This document shows, in pieces, positions 52,953-64,000 of a DNA stretch of 64,000 bases; position 1 is the first letter of the stretch, and each line of letters starts with the position of its first letter. This DNA is from Candidatus Stammera capleta. Its GTDB lineage: Bacteria; Pseudomonadota; Gammaproteobacteria; Enterobacterales; Enterobacteriaceae. Below the pieces are notes generated by a model. It was not told the origin of the DNA and made no database searches. It worked only from the letters and a program-made list of their open reading frames with translations. Location: contig CP144785.1 of NCBI GenBank assembly GCA_036689295.1, forward strand, positions 24,308 to 88,307. The letters run 5' to 3'. Both the position numbers and the translations under genes were made by a program.

Positions 52953-54080
52953 ATGACAGATAAAGATTATTATAATATTTTAGGTATTTCTAGAAAAGCA
53001 AATAAAAATGAAATTAAAAGAGCATATAAACGTTTAGCTATTAAATATCATCCTGATAGAAATAAAGGTAATAAAATTTATGAAAATAAGTTTAAAGAAG
53101 TAAAAGAAGCTTATGAAATATTAATTGATGATAAAAAACGTAGTATGTATGACCAATATGGTCATTCTGCTTTTGATCAAAATTCTTATACTAATAGTGA
53201 TTTTACTTCAAGTAGTGATTTTAGTGATATTTTTGGTGATGTTTTTGGTGATATTTTTGGTAATAAAAAAAGTAATAAGTCTAAAAAAAAAGTAGGTACT
53301 GATATATTATATGAGATTGAATTAACTTTAGAAGAAGCTGTTAAAGGTATATCTAAAAAAATACAAGTAAGTGTTATACAAAAATGTAGTATTTGTAATG
53401 GTAGTGGTTGTAAACCTGGTACTAAACGTAAATTATGTAATGTTTGTAATGGTAATGGTAATATACATATGAGACAAGGTTTTTTTACTATACAACAAAC
53501 TTGTCCTACATGTAATGGTAGTGGTTATATTTTAAATGATGTTTGTTATATATGTAGAGGGTCTGGTACAGAGAGATCTTTAAAAAATTTTTTTATTAAA
53601 ATACCTTCTGGTGTAGATAATAAAGATCGTATAAGAGTTGTTGGAAAGGGTAATTATGGTGGATATGGTTCTAAATGTGGAGATTTATATATAAAAATAA
53701 AAATTAAAAAACATTTAATATTTAATAGAGATGGTAATAATTTATATTGTGAAGTTCCTATAGATTTTTGTACTGCAACTTTGGGTGGAGAAATTAAAAT
53801 TCCTTATTTAAATAATAAGGAAATTTATTTTAGAATTCCAGAAGGAACTCAAACTGGTAGATTATTTAGATTAAAAAATAAAGGTATTAAATCTATAAAA
53901 AATAATAGAAATGGTGATTTATTATGTAGAATAGTTATAGAAACTCCTGTAAATTTAAATAAATATCAAAAAAGAATATTAAATGAATTTAAAATAAGTT
54001 TATTAAAAGAAAAAAACAATCCTAAATCAAAATCATTTTTTTATAAAATTAAAGATTTTTTTTCTTATTTGAATTCTTAA
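52953..54080 (+). CDS. dnaJ: co-chaperone DnaJ
   Basis: J-domain YHPDRN, the G/F stretch FGDVFGDIFG, and four CxxCxGxG zinc motifs. Confidence 0.96.
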   Translation: MTDKDYYNILGISRKANKNEIKRAYKRLAIKYHPDRNKGNKIYENKFKEVKEAYEILIDDKKRSMYDQYGHSAFDQNSYTNSDFTSSSDFSDIFGDVFGDIFGNKKSNKSKKKVGTDILYEIELTLEEAVKGISKKIQVSVIQKCSICNGSGCKPGTKRKLCNVCNGNGNIHMRQGFFTIQQTCPTCNGSGYILNDVCYICRGSGTERSLKNFFIKIPSGVDNKDRIRVVGKGNYGGYGSKCGDLYIKIKIKKHLIFNRDGNNLYCEVPIDFCTATLGGEIKIPYLNNKEIYFRIPEGTQTGRLFRLKNKGIKSIKNNRNGDLLCRIVIETPVNLNKYQKRILNEFKISLLKEKNNPKSKSFFYKIKDFFSYLNS

Positions 54081-55303
54081 TATATAGGAAATTTTTTACA
54101 TATTTTAAGTATTTTTTCTTTAATATTATATATATATTTTTTTTTTTTAATATTGTTAAGTATTTTACATATTAATTTTGCTATATATATGGATATTTTT
54201 TCTTTTATTCCTCTGCGAGTAATTGAAGGTGTTCCTATTCTTATTCCAGAGGTAATAAAAGCGTTTTTTTTATCATTTGGTATGCAATTTTTATTTACAA
54301 TGATATTACATTTGTTTAAAATTTTTTCTGCTTTTATCCCTGATATATTTTTATTATTTAAATTTATTACAAATAGATGTGTTTCTGTGCAATTTGATAC
54401 AATTTTAAATCCTTTTTTTATAAAAATTTTTGACATACTTATTGCATTTTTTATTATTTGTTTTTGGTATTTTATAAATTTTTTTTTTGATGCTTCTTTA
54501 AATATTAAAGCTTTAGCAGCAATTATATGCATCATTGGACCTCCTTGTGTTTCAGGAAATATAGATTTATCTATTTTGTTATATAAATTTATATTTTTTC
54601 CTTTAGCTAAAATTATTCCTCCTCTAGGACCAGATAATGTTTTATGAGTTGTACTAGTTACTATATCTGCATATAGTAAAGGATTTGGATATATTTTAGC
54701 TGCTACTAATCCTGCTATATGTGACATATCTATCATTAGTAAACAATTAAATTTTTTAGAAATTTCTTTAAATATATTTCATTTACATATTTTTGAAAAA
54801 GAAGAAAATCCTGCTATAATTAATTTAGGTTTATATTTTTTAGCTAAATATTCAACTTTGTTATAATCTATATCTTCATTTTTATCTAATCCATATAGTT
54901 TCGATTTATATATTTTACCAGATATGTTTATTTTTGAACCATGTGTTAAGTGTCCTCCATGATTTAATTTCATTCCTAATATTATATCTCCTGGTTTTAA
55001 TATAGCATTATATACTGCAAAATTAGCTTGTGAACCTGAATGAGGTTGTACATTTACATAATTTGCATTAAATAATTTTTTTGCTCTTTTTATACATATA
55101 TATTCTATTTCATCTATATATTTACATCCTCCATAATATCTTTTTTTATAATATCCTTCTGCATATTTATTTGTTAGTATAGATCCTTGAGCTTTCATTA
55201 TTTCTTTGCTTGTATAATTTTCGGATGCTATTAAATTTATATTATTTTTTTGTCTTTTTTTTTCTAAATCTATTAATTTAAATATTTTATCTTTATATTT
55301 CAT
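54077..55303 (-). CDS. glyA: serine hydroxymethyltransferase
   Basis: ORFs 54077-54736 and 54779-55303 are co-frame and joined via TGA. Motifs include [40 protein letters not shown] and [12 protein letters not shown] (PLP lysine). Confidence 0.95.
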
Positions 55304-55452
55304 TTTTTTTAAATTGTTAAATTTTTATTTTATTTTAATATATTTATTAATATTTATAAAATTTTTTTTTAATTTATATTAAAATATAAATAATATAATA
55401 TATATATTTATATTTATTTTATAATATTTTTTATATTTTTTGAGGTTAATAA

Positions 55453-56595
55453 ATGAAATTATCTTATTTTACTTCTGAATCTGTTTCTGAAGGTCATCCA
55501 GATAAAGTAGCGGATCAAATATCTGATTCTATATTAGATTATATTATTAAGAGAGATAAACATGCTAAAGTAGCATGTGAAGTATATATTAAATCTGGTA
55601 TTGTTATAGTTGGAGGTGAAATTAATACTAATTTAAATATAGATTTAGAAAATATTGTTAGAAATACTATAAGAAAAATAGGTTATATAGATTCTTCTTT
55701 AGGTTTTGATGCTAATACCTGTGGTATAATAAATATTATTAGTAAGCAATCTTCTGATATATCTTTGGGATTAGGTAATAATAAAGATATTAGAGCAGGT
55801 GATCAAGGTATAATGTTTGGTTATGCTTCTAAAGAAACTGATGTTTATATGCCAGCTCCTATAATTTATGCTCATAATTTAGTTAAAAAACAATCTGAAT
55901 TAAGAAAAAAAAAGATATTACCTTGATTATATCCAGATGCTAAAAGTCAATTAACTTTTATCTATAATGATGATAATAATATAATTGGTATAGATTCTGT
56001 AGTTTTTTCTACTCAACATTCTTCTTGTGTTTCTGATAAAATATTAAAAGAATCTATTATGGAAGAAATAATTTATAATGTTTTACCTACTAAATGGTTA
56101 AATAAGTATACTAAATATTTTATAAATCCTATTGGTAGATTTGTTATAGGTGGTCCTTTTGCTGATTGTGGTTTAACTGGTAGAAAGATAATAGTTGATA
56201 CTTATGGTGGTATGGCTAGACATGGCGGAGGGTGTTTTTCAGGAAAAGATCCTTCAAAAGTTGATAGGTCTGGTTCTTATTTAGCAAGATATATAGCTAA
56301 AAATATTGTAGCAGCTAATTTATCAGATAAATGTGAAATACAATTGTCTTATGTTATAGGTTGTTCTAAACCTATATCTATTATGATAAATACTTTTGGC
56401 ACAGAAAAAATTTCTTTAGATTTTTTAAATAAATTAATTATTAAAGTTTTTGATTTTAAATTAAATAATATAATACATAGTTTAGATTTATTAAAACCTA
56501 TATATTTTAATACTTCTGTTTATGGTCATTTTGGTAGAAATGAATTTTCTTGAGAAAGTTTAAATAAAGTTAATGATTTATTAAAATTTATTTAA
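55453..56595 (+). CDS. metK: S-adenosylmethionine synthase
   Basis: [67 protein letters not shown]. Pieces are co-frame through TGA. Confidence 0.96.
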
Positions 56596-57174
56596 TTAGA
56601 ATAACATATATTTAGCTTTTGGATAATATATATATATTTTTTTATTTTTTATATTTTTTATTTTTTTTTTAAATTGATAATTGTTAACTATAATTATAAA
56701 TTTTTTATTAAATTTTTCAATTTTTTTTTTAAAATTTTTTATATTATTATATTTTATAATATTTTTTTTTGTTGATATATATACTAATATTTTATTTTTG
56801 CTATTATAAATAGCAATTAAATAATGTTTATTGTTTATATTATAATTTTTGTGTATGTAATTTTTTTGTATTATTTTAAATGATGTAGTTTTTACTATTT
56901 TTATTTTTTTGTATTTTAATCTAAATATTTTAGATATTATATATGATAATCTTGTTCCTATTAAACTTCCAGGTCCTTTATTTATTACAATATAATTAAT
57001 TTTTTTTATATTTATTTTTTTTTTTTTTATTATATTATTTATTAATAGGAGTATATTTTGATGTTTTTTTTTGTTCATAAATTTATATTTTGTAAATATT
57101 TTATTATTATATTTTATTGCTACAGAATATAATTCTGTAGATATTTCTATTGCTAGAATATTTTTATTTATCAT
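56596..57174 (-). CDS. tsaB: tRNA t6A37 biosynthesis protein TsaB
   Basis: ILAIEISTELYSVAI and NKGPGSLIGTRL (the GPGSFTG.R pattern of TsaB/YeaZ). 192 aa and highly diverged. Confidence 0.7.
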   Translation of the reverse strand: MINKNILAIEISTELYSVAIKYNNKIFTKYKFMNKKKHQNILLLINNIIKKKKINIKKINYIVINKGPGSLIGTRLSYIISKIFRLKYKKIKIVKTTSFKIIQKNYIHKNYNINNKHYLIAIYNSKNKILVYISTKKNIIKYNNIKNFKKKIEKFNKKFIIIVNNYQFKKKIKNIKNKKIYIYYPKAKYMLF

Positions 57175-57235
57175 TTTTTTAAAAATTATTTAATATTTAG
57201 TTTATTTATTTTTTTTATTATATTATAAAATTATT

Positions 57236-58273
57236 ATGAATAAAATTAATTTGTTGAATTTTAATTTAAGTATGATGGAAGAATTTTTAGTTAAAAGATT
57301 AAATCAAAAAAAATTTGTAGCTAAACAAATATTTTATTGAATATATAAAAAATTTTGTTTTGATTTTTTTTTAATGAATAATTTAAGTTTATATTTAAGA
57401 AATGAATTAAATTATTATTTTAAAATTAAATTACCAATTTTATTTAAATATAAAATATCTTGTGATAAAACTATTAAGTTATTTTTTAATGTTAATGGTG
57501 ATATTATTGAAACTGTTTATATACCTGAAAAAAAAAGAAATACTTTGTGTATATCTACTCAAGTTGGTTGTATGTTAAATTGTTCTTTTTGTTCTACAGG
57601 TAAAATGGGATTTAAACGTAATTTAAATATATCAGAAATTATTGGTCAATTATTATTTGTTATGTCTAATAGAAAAAAATTTAATTTTATTACTAACATA
57701 GTATTTATGGGTATGGGTGAACCTTTGTTAAATTTTTACAATGTTGTTAATTCTATAAATATTATATTGGATAAAAAATTTTTTTCTTTTTCTAAGAGAA
57801 AAGTTGTTTTATCTACTTCTGGAATTACTCCTATGATATATAAGTTAAAAAATTATATTGATGTAATATTAACTTGATCTTTACATGCTTCTAACGATAA
57901 ATTAAGAAATAAAATTATGCCTATAAATAAAAAATATAATATTAATTCTATTTTAGATTCTATTATTTTTTATATTAATAATACTAAAGCTAATAGAGGT
58001 AAAATTTATATTGAATATATTATGATTGATAAATTTAATGATAACATTATTAATGTTTATGAGTTAGTTAGTTTATTTAAAAATTTTTCTGTTAAATTTA
58101 ATTTAATATCTTTAAATAATAATTTTAATAATATATACTGTAAAAGTAGTAATAATAGAATTTTTTATTTTAATAATTTATTGAAAGAAAATGGTATATT
58201 TTCATATATTAGAAAAGTTAGAGGTTTAGATATATTTGCTTCATGTGGTCAATTATCTGGTATATTTGATTAA
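57236..58273 (+). CDS. rlmN: dual-specificity rRNA/tRNA A-C2 methyltransferase (radical SAM)
   Basis: INLLNF and FVAKQIFYWIY (TGA), the CxxxCxxC cluster GCMLNCSFCSTG, MGMGEPL and a C-terminal ASCGQL. Three pieces are co-frame. Confidence 0.88.
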
Positions 58274-58500
58274 TTTTTTTTTTAATTGTATTTTTTATGA
58301 AAATAATTTATTTTTTTTATTTGATATATTATTTTATAAATAAATATTTAAATATTAATTATTATTTTTTTAAATAATATATATTTTATTTAATTTAATA
58401 TAAATATATTTTAATTTATATATATAATAATTTTTTATTTTTATATTATTTTATAATATTTTTATTTATTTAAAATTAATAAAATAGATTTATAATTATT

Positions 58501-59784
58501 ATGAATGATTTATTTATTAATTCTTTAAAAGGGATGCATGATTATTTTTATAGGGATATGTATATTTATAATTATGTACAAAATAATTTTAGAAAAATAT
58601 TACTTAATTATTCTTTTTCTGAAGTAAAATTTCCTATTTTAGAAAATAGTTTTTTATATAAAAAATGTATAAATTTTGATTATAATATTTCATCAAAAGA
58701 AATGTATTCTTTTTTAGATAGAAATAATATTAATATAAGTTTAAGACCTGAAGGTACTATTGGTTGTCTAAAATGTTATATTAAAAATAAATTATTTTTA
58801 TATAATATTTTAAATAAATTATGATATATAGGTCCTATGTTTAGGAGAGAAAATCCTCAAAAAGGTCGTTTTAGACAATTTTATCAAATAGGATTAGAAT
58901 GTTTTGGTAGTAATGATTATACGTTAGATATAGAATTATTATTAGTTATTAAAAGATTATTTTTAAAATTAAATATTTATGATTTTTTAACTTTAGAAAT
59001 TAATACTATAGGTAGTTTTATTGATAGAAAAAATTATATTAATTTTATTAATAAAAATTTTAGTTATTTATTAAATAAAATTAAAGTTAATAAAAATAAT
59101 AATATTAATTTAATTAAATTAATTGATAGTAAAGATAAATATATATTAGATATTTTAAATTATATTCCTAGTATAACAGAATTTGTTAATAAGAATTCTT
59201 TATTTAATTTTAAAAATATTTGTAATAATTTAGATATATTAGGAATAAAATATAAATGAAATAAAAATTTAGTTAGGGGTATAGATTATTACAATGATTT
59301 TGTTTTTGAATGAAAGGATAATTTAGATAAAAAAAATACTATTTGTTCTGGAGGTAGATATAATGAATTATCTAAATGTATTTCTAATATTTCTATACCT
59401 GCTGTTGGTTGTGCTTTTGGTTTAGATAGATTAATTAATTTTTTGAAAAGTAATAATATAAAGGTTAAATATAATAAAATTGATATTTATATAATTTCTT
59501 CTTTTAATGAAAAATCTAGATTGTTAGGATTGTTTATTACAGAAAAAATATTAAATTATTATTTTAATAAATTTAATATATATAATGATAATATTTTATA
59601 TAATAATTTAAGTAAATTGATTTTAAAAGTTATTAAATTAAACGTACGTTTTTTAATAATTATTGGAGAAAAAGAATTAAGTGAAAATTATTTAACTTTT
59701 AAAGATTTATATTTAAATAAAAAACAACATTTTAATAAAAATAATATAATAGATGTTATTAATTATTTTATTAATTTTAATTAA
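58501..59784 (+). CDS. hisS: histidine--tRNA ligase
   Basis: [38 protein letters not shown] (motif 2) and GGRYN. ORFs 58501, 58837 and 59443 are co-frame. Confidence 0.92.
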
Positions 59785-59792
59785 TTATAAAT

Positions 59793-61211
59793 ATGTATAC
59801 TATAGCTTTGGTTGGAAATACAAATGTAGGAAAGACAAGTTTATTTAATTTTTTAACTAATAGTAATTTTTTAAAATCTTGTAATGAAAAATATTTTACT
59901 TTAGATTTTAGTTATAATTTTTTATATAATTATAAAAGAAGTATTATTTTAATTGATACATGTAGTTTTAAAAAAAATGATTTTTTAAAGTTATATTTAA
60001 ATAAAAAAAAAAAAGTTTATAAATTTTTTTCTTTGATAGAAAAAAAATTTATTTTTATATTAAGAAATGTTAATTTTATTTTTTTTTTAATTGACGCTAG
60101 AAATATTTCTGATAGTGATATATTTTATATTCGTTTATTATTTAAAATAAATAAAAATATTATATTAATATTATCTAAATTTGATTTGTATAATAATTTT
60201 TTTTTTAATAAAAATATTTTTTTAAATTTAGGTATAAGTAAAATTTTTACTTCATCTATATATAATAAGAATAATTTTAAAAAAATATTTGATATTATAT
60301 TTAATAATTTTAGTTCAAATAATATTAATTGATTTTTTATTAAAAAAATTATTTTTTGTTGTATAAATATAGAAAATAATATTTTTTATTTTAAAGATTA
60401 TAATAATAATTATTCAAAATTTAATATTATTAAGTTATTAATATTAGGAAAATCTAATATAGGAAAATCATCTTTATTTAATTTATTTTGCAATATAAAT
60501 AGATCTTTTATTTCTAGTTTAGATTATACTACTAAAGATTTTATAACATATGGTTTTTTTTATAATAAATATAATTATTTTTATTTAAGTGATTCTCCTT
60601 TTATTCATAAAAAAATTGTTAATTATGATTATATATTTGATATTATTAAATATAGTTTTAAAATAATATTATATATTGTTGATATTAATTTAGGTATAAC
60701 TAAATATGATTTATGATTTTTGAATTTTATTTTTAAATGTGGTAAAATAGTAATATTAATATTTAATAAATGTGAAAAATTAAATATTAATTATATAAAT
60801 AAATATAAATTATTTTTACTTAAAAAATATGATTTTATAAAATATGTTGATATATATTTTTTATCTTCTATAAAATTTAAAAAAAAATATTTTTTAAAAA
60901 TATATAAAAATATATTTTTGAATTATAAAAATATATTTTTATATAAAATAGATAATAATAAGTTAACTAAGTTGTTAAAATTAGCTATAAAAAGTAATAT
61001 TTTTAATTTTAATAATTTTAAATTAAGATATGCTTGTATAGTTAAGTATTATCCTTTAATAATAGTTATATATGGTAATAAAATAAATTTAATAAATAAT
61101 AGTTATAAAAAATATTTATTAAATTATTATATTAAATTTTTAAATATTAAAGGTTTTAAAATTTTTTTAAAATTTAAAGAAATATATAAACCTTTTAAAT
61201 ATAAAAAATAA
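59793..61211 (+). CDS. der: ribosome-associated tandem GTPase Der (EngA)
   Basis: There are two P-loops, GNTNVGKTSLFN and GKSNIGKSSLFN, plus a C-terminal KH-like domain. ORFs 59793 and 60720 are co-frame. The hisS-der order matches E. coli. Confidence 0.85.
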
Positions 61212-61212
61212 T

Positions 61213-61625
61213 ATTAAATTGACAATCGCTATTTAATTATTTTTTTAAAAATAGAGGAAAGTCCGGACTCCTTAGGAAAAGATGCCAGATAACATCTGGA
61301 AAAAATATTTATTTATTTTATGAATAGTACAACAGAAAATAACCGCCAATTTATTTTTTTTGGTAAGGGTGAAAAAGTATGGTAAAAGCATACTATATAT
61401 TATAGTAATATAATATATGTGTAAACTCCATTTGGAGCAAGATTAATTTTAAAAAATAAATATTTATATTTATTTATAATTAAATATAAAACAATATATT
61501 TTTCCGTATATATATTTATTTTTTTTGGTAAATCGCTTGAGTTAATAAGTAATTATTAACCTAGATTAATGGTTGTCTTATTTATATATTTATATAAATA
61601 AACAGAATCCGGCTTAAAATTTAAT
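61213..61625 (+). ncRNA. rnpB: RNase P RNA (type A)
   Basis: gaggaaagtccggactcc, gatgccag.taac, acagaaaataaccgcc, ggtaagggtgaaa, gtaaactcc...ggagcaag, cgcttgag, cctagat.aatg and acagaatccggctta are all present in the E. coli M1 order. A P1-like pairing attaaatt/aatttaat defines the ends, which are approximate. Confidence 0.88.
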
Positions 61626-61661
61626 TTTATTTTTTTTATTAAATTTATTATTTTTTAAAAA

Positions 61662-63029
61662 ATGTTAAAAATTTTTAATTCTGTTAGTAATAAAAAAGAA
61701 ACTTTTAATTTTTCTAAAAATAAATGTATTAATATTTATGTTTGTGGAGTTACTGTATCAAATTATTGTCATATAGGTCATGCTAGAACATTTTATTTTT
61801 TTGATATTTTTATAAGATATTTAGTTTATTTAGGTTATAAATATAATTATATTAGAAATATTACAGATATAGATGATAAAATAATTTTTTATTCAAATAA
61901 AAACAACATTAATATTAGTGAAACATCTAATTTAATGATAAATTATATGAATAATGATTTTAAAAAATTGGGATTTATAAAACCTAATTTAGAACCTAAA
62001 GTTACTGATCATATTGATTTAATTATTAAATATATATTAATTCTTATTAAGAAAAAATACGCATATATTTCTGTTAATGGTGATGTATTATTTAATATTA
62101 ATAATTATAGATTAATTTATAATAAATTTAATTTATTTAATTATAAATTTTCAAATAATAATAAAGATTTTGTATTATGAAAATTAAGTATTAATTCTAA
62201 ATTTAATAGTTTTGGATGATATTCTCCTTGAGGTTTAGGTAGACCTGGTTGACACATAGAATGTGTTGTTATAAGTAATAATTATTTTAAAAATATTACT
62301 ATTCATGGAGGAGGTATTGATTTATGTTTTCCTCATCATGAAAATGAATATATTATATCTAAATGTTTATTTAGAAAAAAATATAATATTAAATATTGAA
62401 TTCATACAGGTATAGTAATTCATAATGATAGTAAATTGTCAAAATCTAAAAATAGTTCTTTTTTTATTAAAGATTTATTAAAAAAATATGATTCAGATGT
62501 TATTAAATATTATTTAATGTCTAATCATTATAGAAGAAATTTAAATTTTAGTTTTAATAATTTAAATCAATATAAAAAATCTTTTAAAAAAATATATTTA
62601 TGTTTAAAAAATTTAAATTTAAATATTTTTTTATCTAAAAAAGATTTATTATATCTTAATAATTTTGATTATTATTTTAATATGTATATGAATAATGATT
62701 TTAATATACCTAATGTATATAAATTATTTTTTTTTATGGTAAATAAAATAAATAAATTAAAAAAAAAAAATAATTTTTTGTTAGCTAGTAAAATTGGTAT
62801 TAAATTAAAAAATTTTGCTAATATTTTAGGTTTATTAAATAATAATAAAAATAATTTAAATAAAAGTAATATTTTTTTTGTTAAAAGAATTAATTGATTA
62901 ATAAAATTAAGAAATTTAGCTAGAAAACTTAAAAAGTGAAAATTAGCTGATTGAATACGAAAAAAAATATATAAAAATAATATCTTTATAAAAGATAATA
63001 TTAATGATACTGAATGATATTTTAATTAA
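61662..63029 (+). CDS. cysS: cysteine--tRNA ligase
   Basis: [17 protein letters not shown] (HIGH), GRPGWHIEC (TGA), HGGGIDL.FPHHENE and KLSKS. Pieces are co-frame and it ends ..TEWYFN at TAA 63027. Confidence 0.92.
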
Positions 63030-63876
63030 TTTTATTATATATTTTAATAATATTTTTTAATAATATTGATATAGTCATAGGGCCAACTCCTCCTGGTATT
63101 GGAGTTATATATTTTATTTTGTTTATTATTTTTTTTTTATTTATATCTCCAGTTAATTTTCCTTTTTTATTTATATTTATTCCTATATCTATTATTATAG
63201 AATTTTCTTTTATATATTTTATTGGATATTTATCAAATTTTCCTATAGCACTTATTAATAAATCTGTTATTTTTAAATATTGTTTAATATTTTTTGTTTT
63301 ACTATTTACTAATGTTACTGTACATCCTTTATTTATTAGTTCTATCATCATCGGTTTTCCTACTAGATTTGATGATCCTATTATTAATATATTTAATTCT
63401 TTTATGTTTATATTATAATATTTTAATAATTTTATTACTCCATAAGATGTACATGGTCTTATTGAATAATTTCCTTGAAATAATTTTCCTATATTATAAG
63501 CATGTAATCCATCTACATCTTTTTTTGGACTTATATTATTTATTATTTTATTAGTATTGAATTTTTTAGGTAAAGGTAATTGTAATAGTATACAGTGTAT
63601 TTTTTTATTTTTATTTATTTTTTTAATTTTATTTATTATTTTTTTTTCATTTATATTTTTATTGTAATTATATATTTTATATTTAATTCCTACATAATTA
63701 AAATTAATACATTTATTTTTTATATATATATTTGATGATATATTATTACCTATATTTATTATGGCAATATTTGGTATGTTTTTTTTTTTTTTAATTAATA
63801 TTTTTATTTTTTTTTTTATTTTTTTTTTTGTTTTATTTAAATATTTTTTACCATATAAAAAATTATATTTTTTCAT
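63022..63876 (-). CDS. folD: bifunctional methylenetetrahydrofolate dehydrogenase/cyclohydrolase
   Basis: LQLPLP, KDVDG, PCTSYG, IIGSSNLVGKPM and ITPIPGGVGPMTI. Confidence 0.93.
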   Translation of the reverse strand: MKKYNFLYGKKYLNKTKKKIKKKIKILIKKKKNIPNIAIINIGNNISSNIYIKNKCINFNYVGIKYKIYNYNKNINEKKIINKIKKINKNKKIHCILLQLPLPKKFNTNKIINNISPKKDVDGLHAYNIGKLFQGNYSIRPCTSYGVIKLLKYYNINIKELNILIIGSSNLVGKPMMIELINKGCTVTLVNSKTKNIKQYLKITDLLISAIGKFDKYPIKYIKENSIIIDIGININKKGKLTGDINKKKIINKIKYITPIPGGVGPMTISILLKNIIKIYNKIN

Positions 63877-63935
63877 TATTAGTTGACTTTTAAAATTTAT
63901 TGAGTTAGAATTTTTTTAAAATTAAATTTATATAT

Positions 63936-64000
63936 ACGCTCTTAGCTCAGTGGATAGAGCTACAGCCTTCTAAGCTGTAGGTCACAGGTTCAAATCCTGT
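63936..64000 (+). tRNA. tRNA-Arg (UCU), 3' end cut by the window edge
   Basis: acgctcttagctcagtggatagagctacagccttctaagctgtaggtcacaggttcaaatcctgt has anticodon loop CTTCTAA and resembles E. coli argU. The exact 5' end is uncertain. Confidence 0.85.

Noticed and set aside
54153-54647. A 164-aa ORF antisense to glyA, and similar antisense ORFs at 17323-17514, 25258-25449, 40510-40836, 42244-42459, 47944-48177, 49343-49525, 50102-50329, 63119-63418 and 63294-63554.
   Set aside because: All lie opposite strongly supported conserved genes. They encode F/I/L/Y-rich low-complexity strings, which are the mirror image of K/N/I-rich sense codons. None has a recognisable motif or SD.
58296-58380. A short ATG-initiated ORF (about 27 codons) in the rlmN-hisS spacer.
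   Set aside because: It has no SD, is a low-complexity peptide, and is of a length expected by chance. The region is better explained as eroded non-coding remnant or promoter DNA.

Overview
This window is an extremely AT-rich, gene-dense core-chromosome segment from a genome-reduced gammaproteobacterial symbiont. The 16S sequence and several blocks of E. coli-type gene order make it look Enterobacterales-derived. The supplied ORF fragments assemble into full-length conserved proteins only if TGA is read as Trp (a code-4-like reading). Read that way, I call 67 apparently intact CDS, one complete rrn operon (16S, tRNA-Glu, 23S, 5S, tRNA-Asp), four further tRNAs (Gly-GCC, Leu-UAA, Cys-GCA and a partial Arg-UCU) and RNase P RNA. 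The content is housekeeping. It includes an uninterrupted run of about 17.5 kb from rpsL to rplQ covering the str, S10, spc and alpha ribosomal-protein operons. It also includes aminoacyl-tRNA synthetases (glyQS, ileS, hisS, cysS), tRNA and rRNA modification genes (miaA, mnmA, tsaB, tsaE, rlmB, rlmN, rsmA), chaperones (dnaKJ) and one-carbon and SAM metabolism (glyA, folD, metK). The remaining genes are pgi, mismatch repair (mutS, mutL) and a peptidoglycan/rod-shape set (mrdA, rodA, dacA, alr). I found no mobile elements, CRISPR arrays, defence or toxin systems, or unassigned coding space. The largest non-coding gaps are about 150-230 nt. The points worth a second look are the stop-codon recoding and its side effects, the pattern of gene loss relative to E. 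coli synteny, the retained rrn leader signals, retention of mismatch repair and the elongasome in so degraded a genome, and signs of relaxed constraint (degenerate GTPase motifs, long homopolymers, 3'-end gene overlaps). All coordinates were derived by hand and RNA ends are approximate to a few nt.
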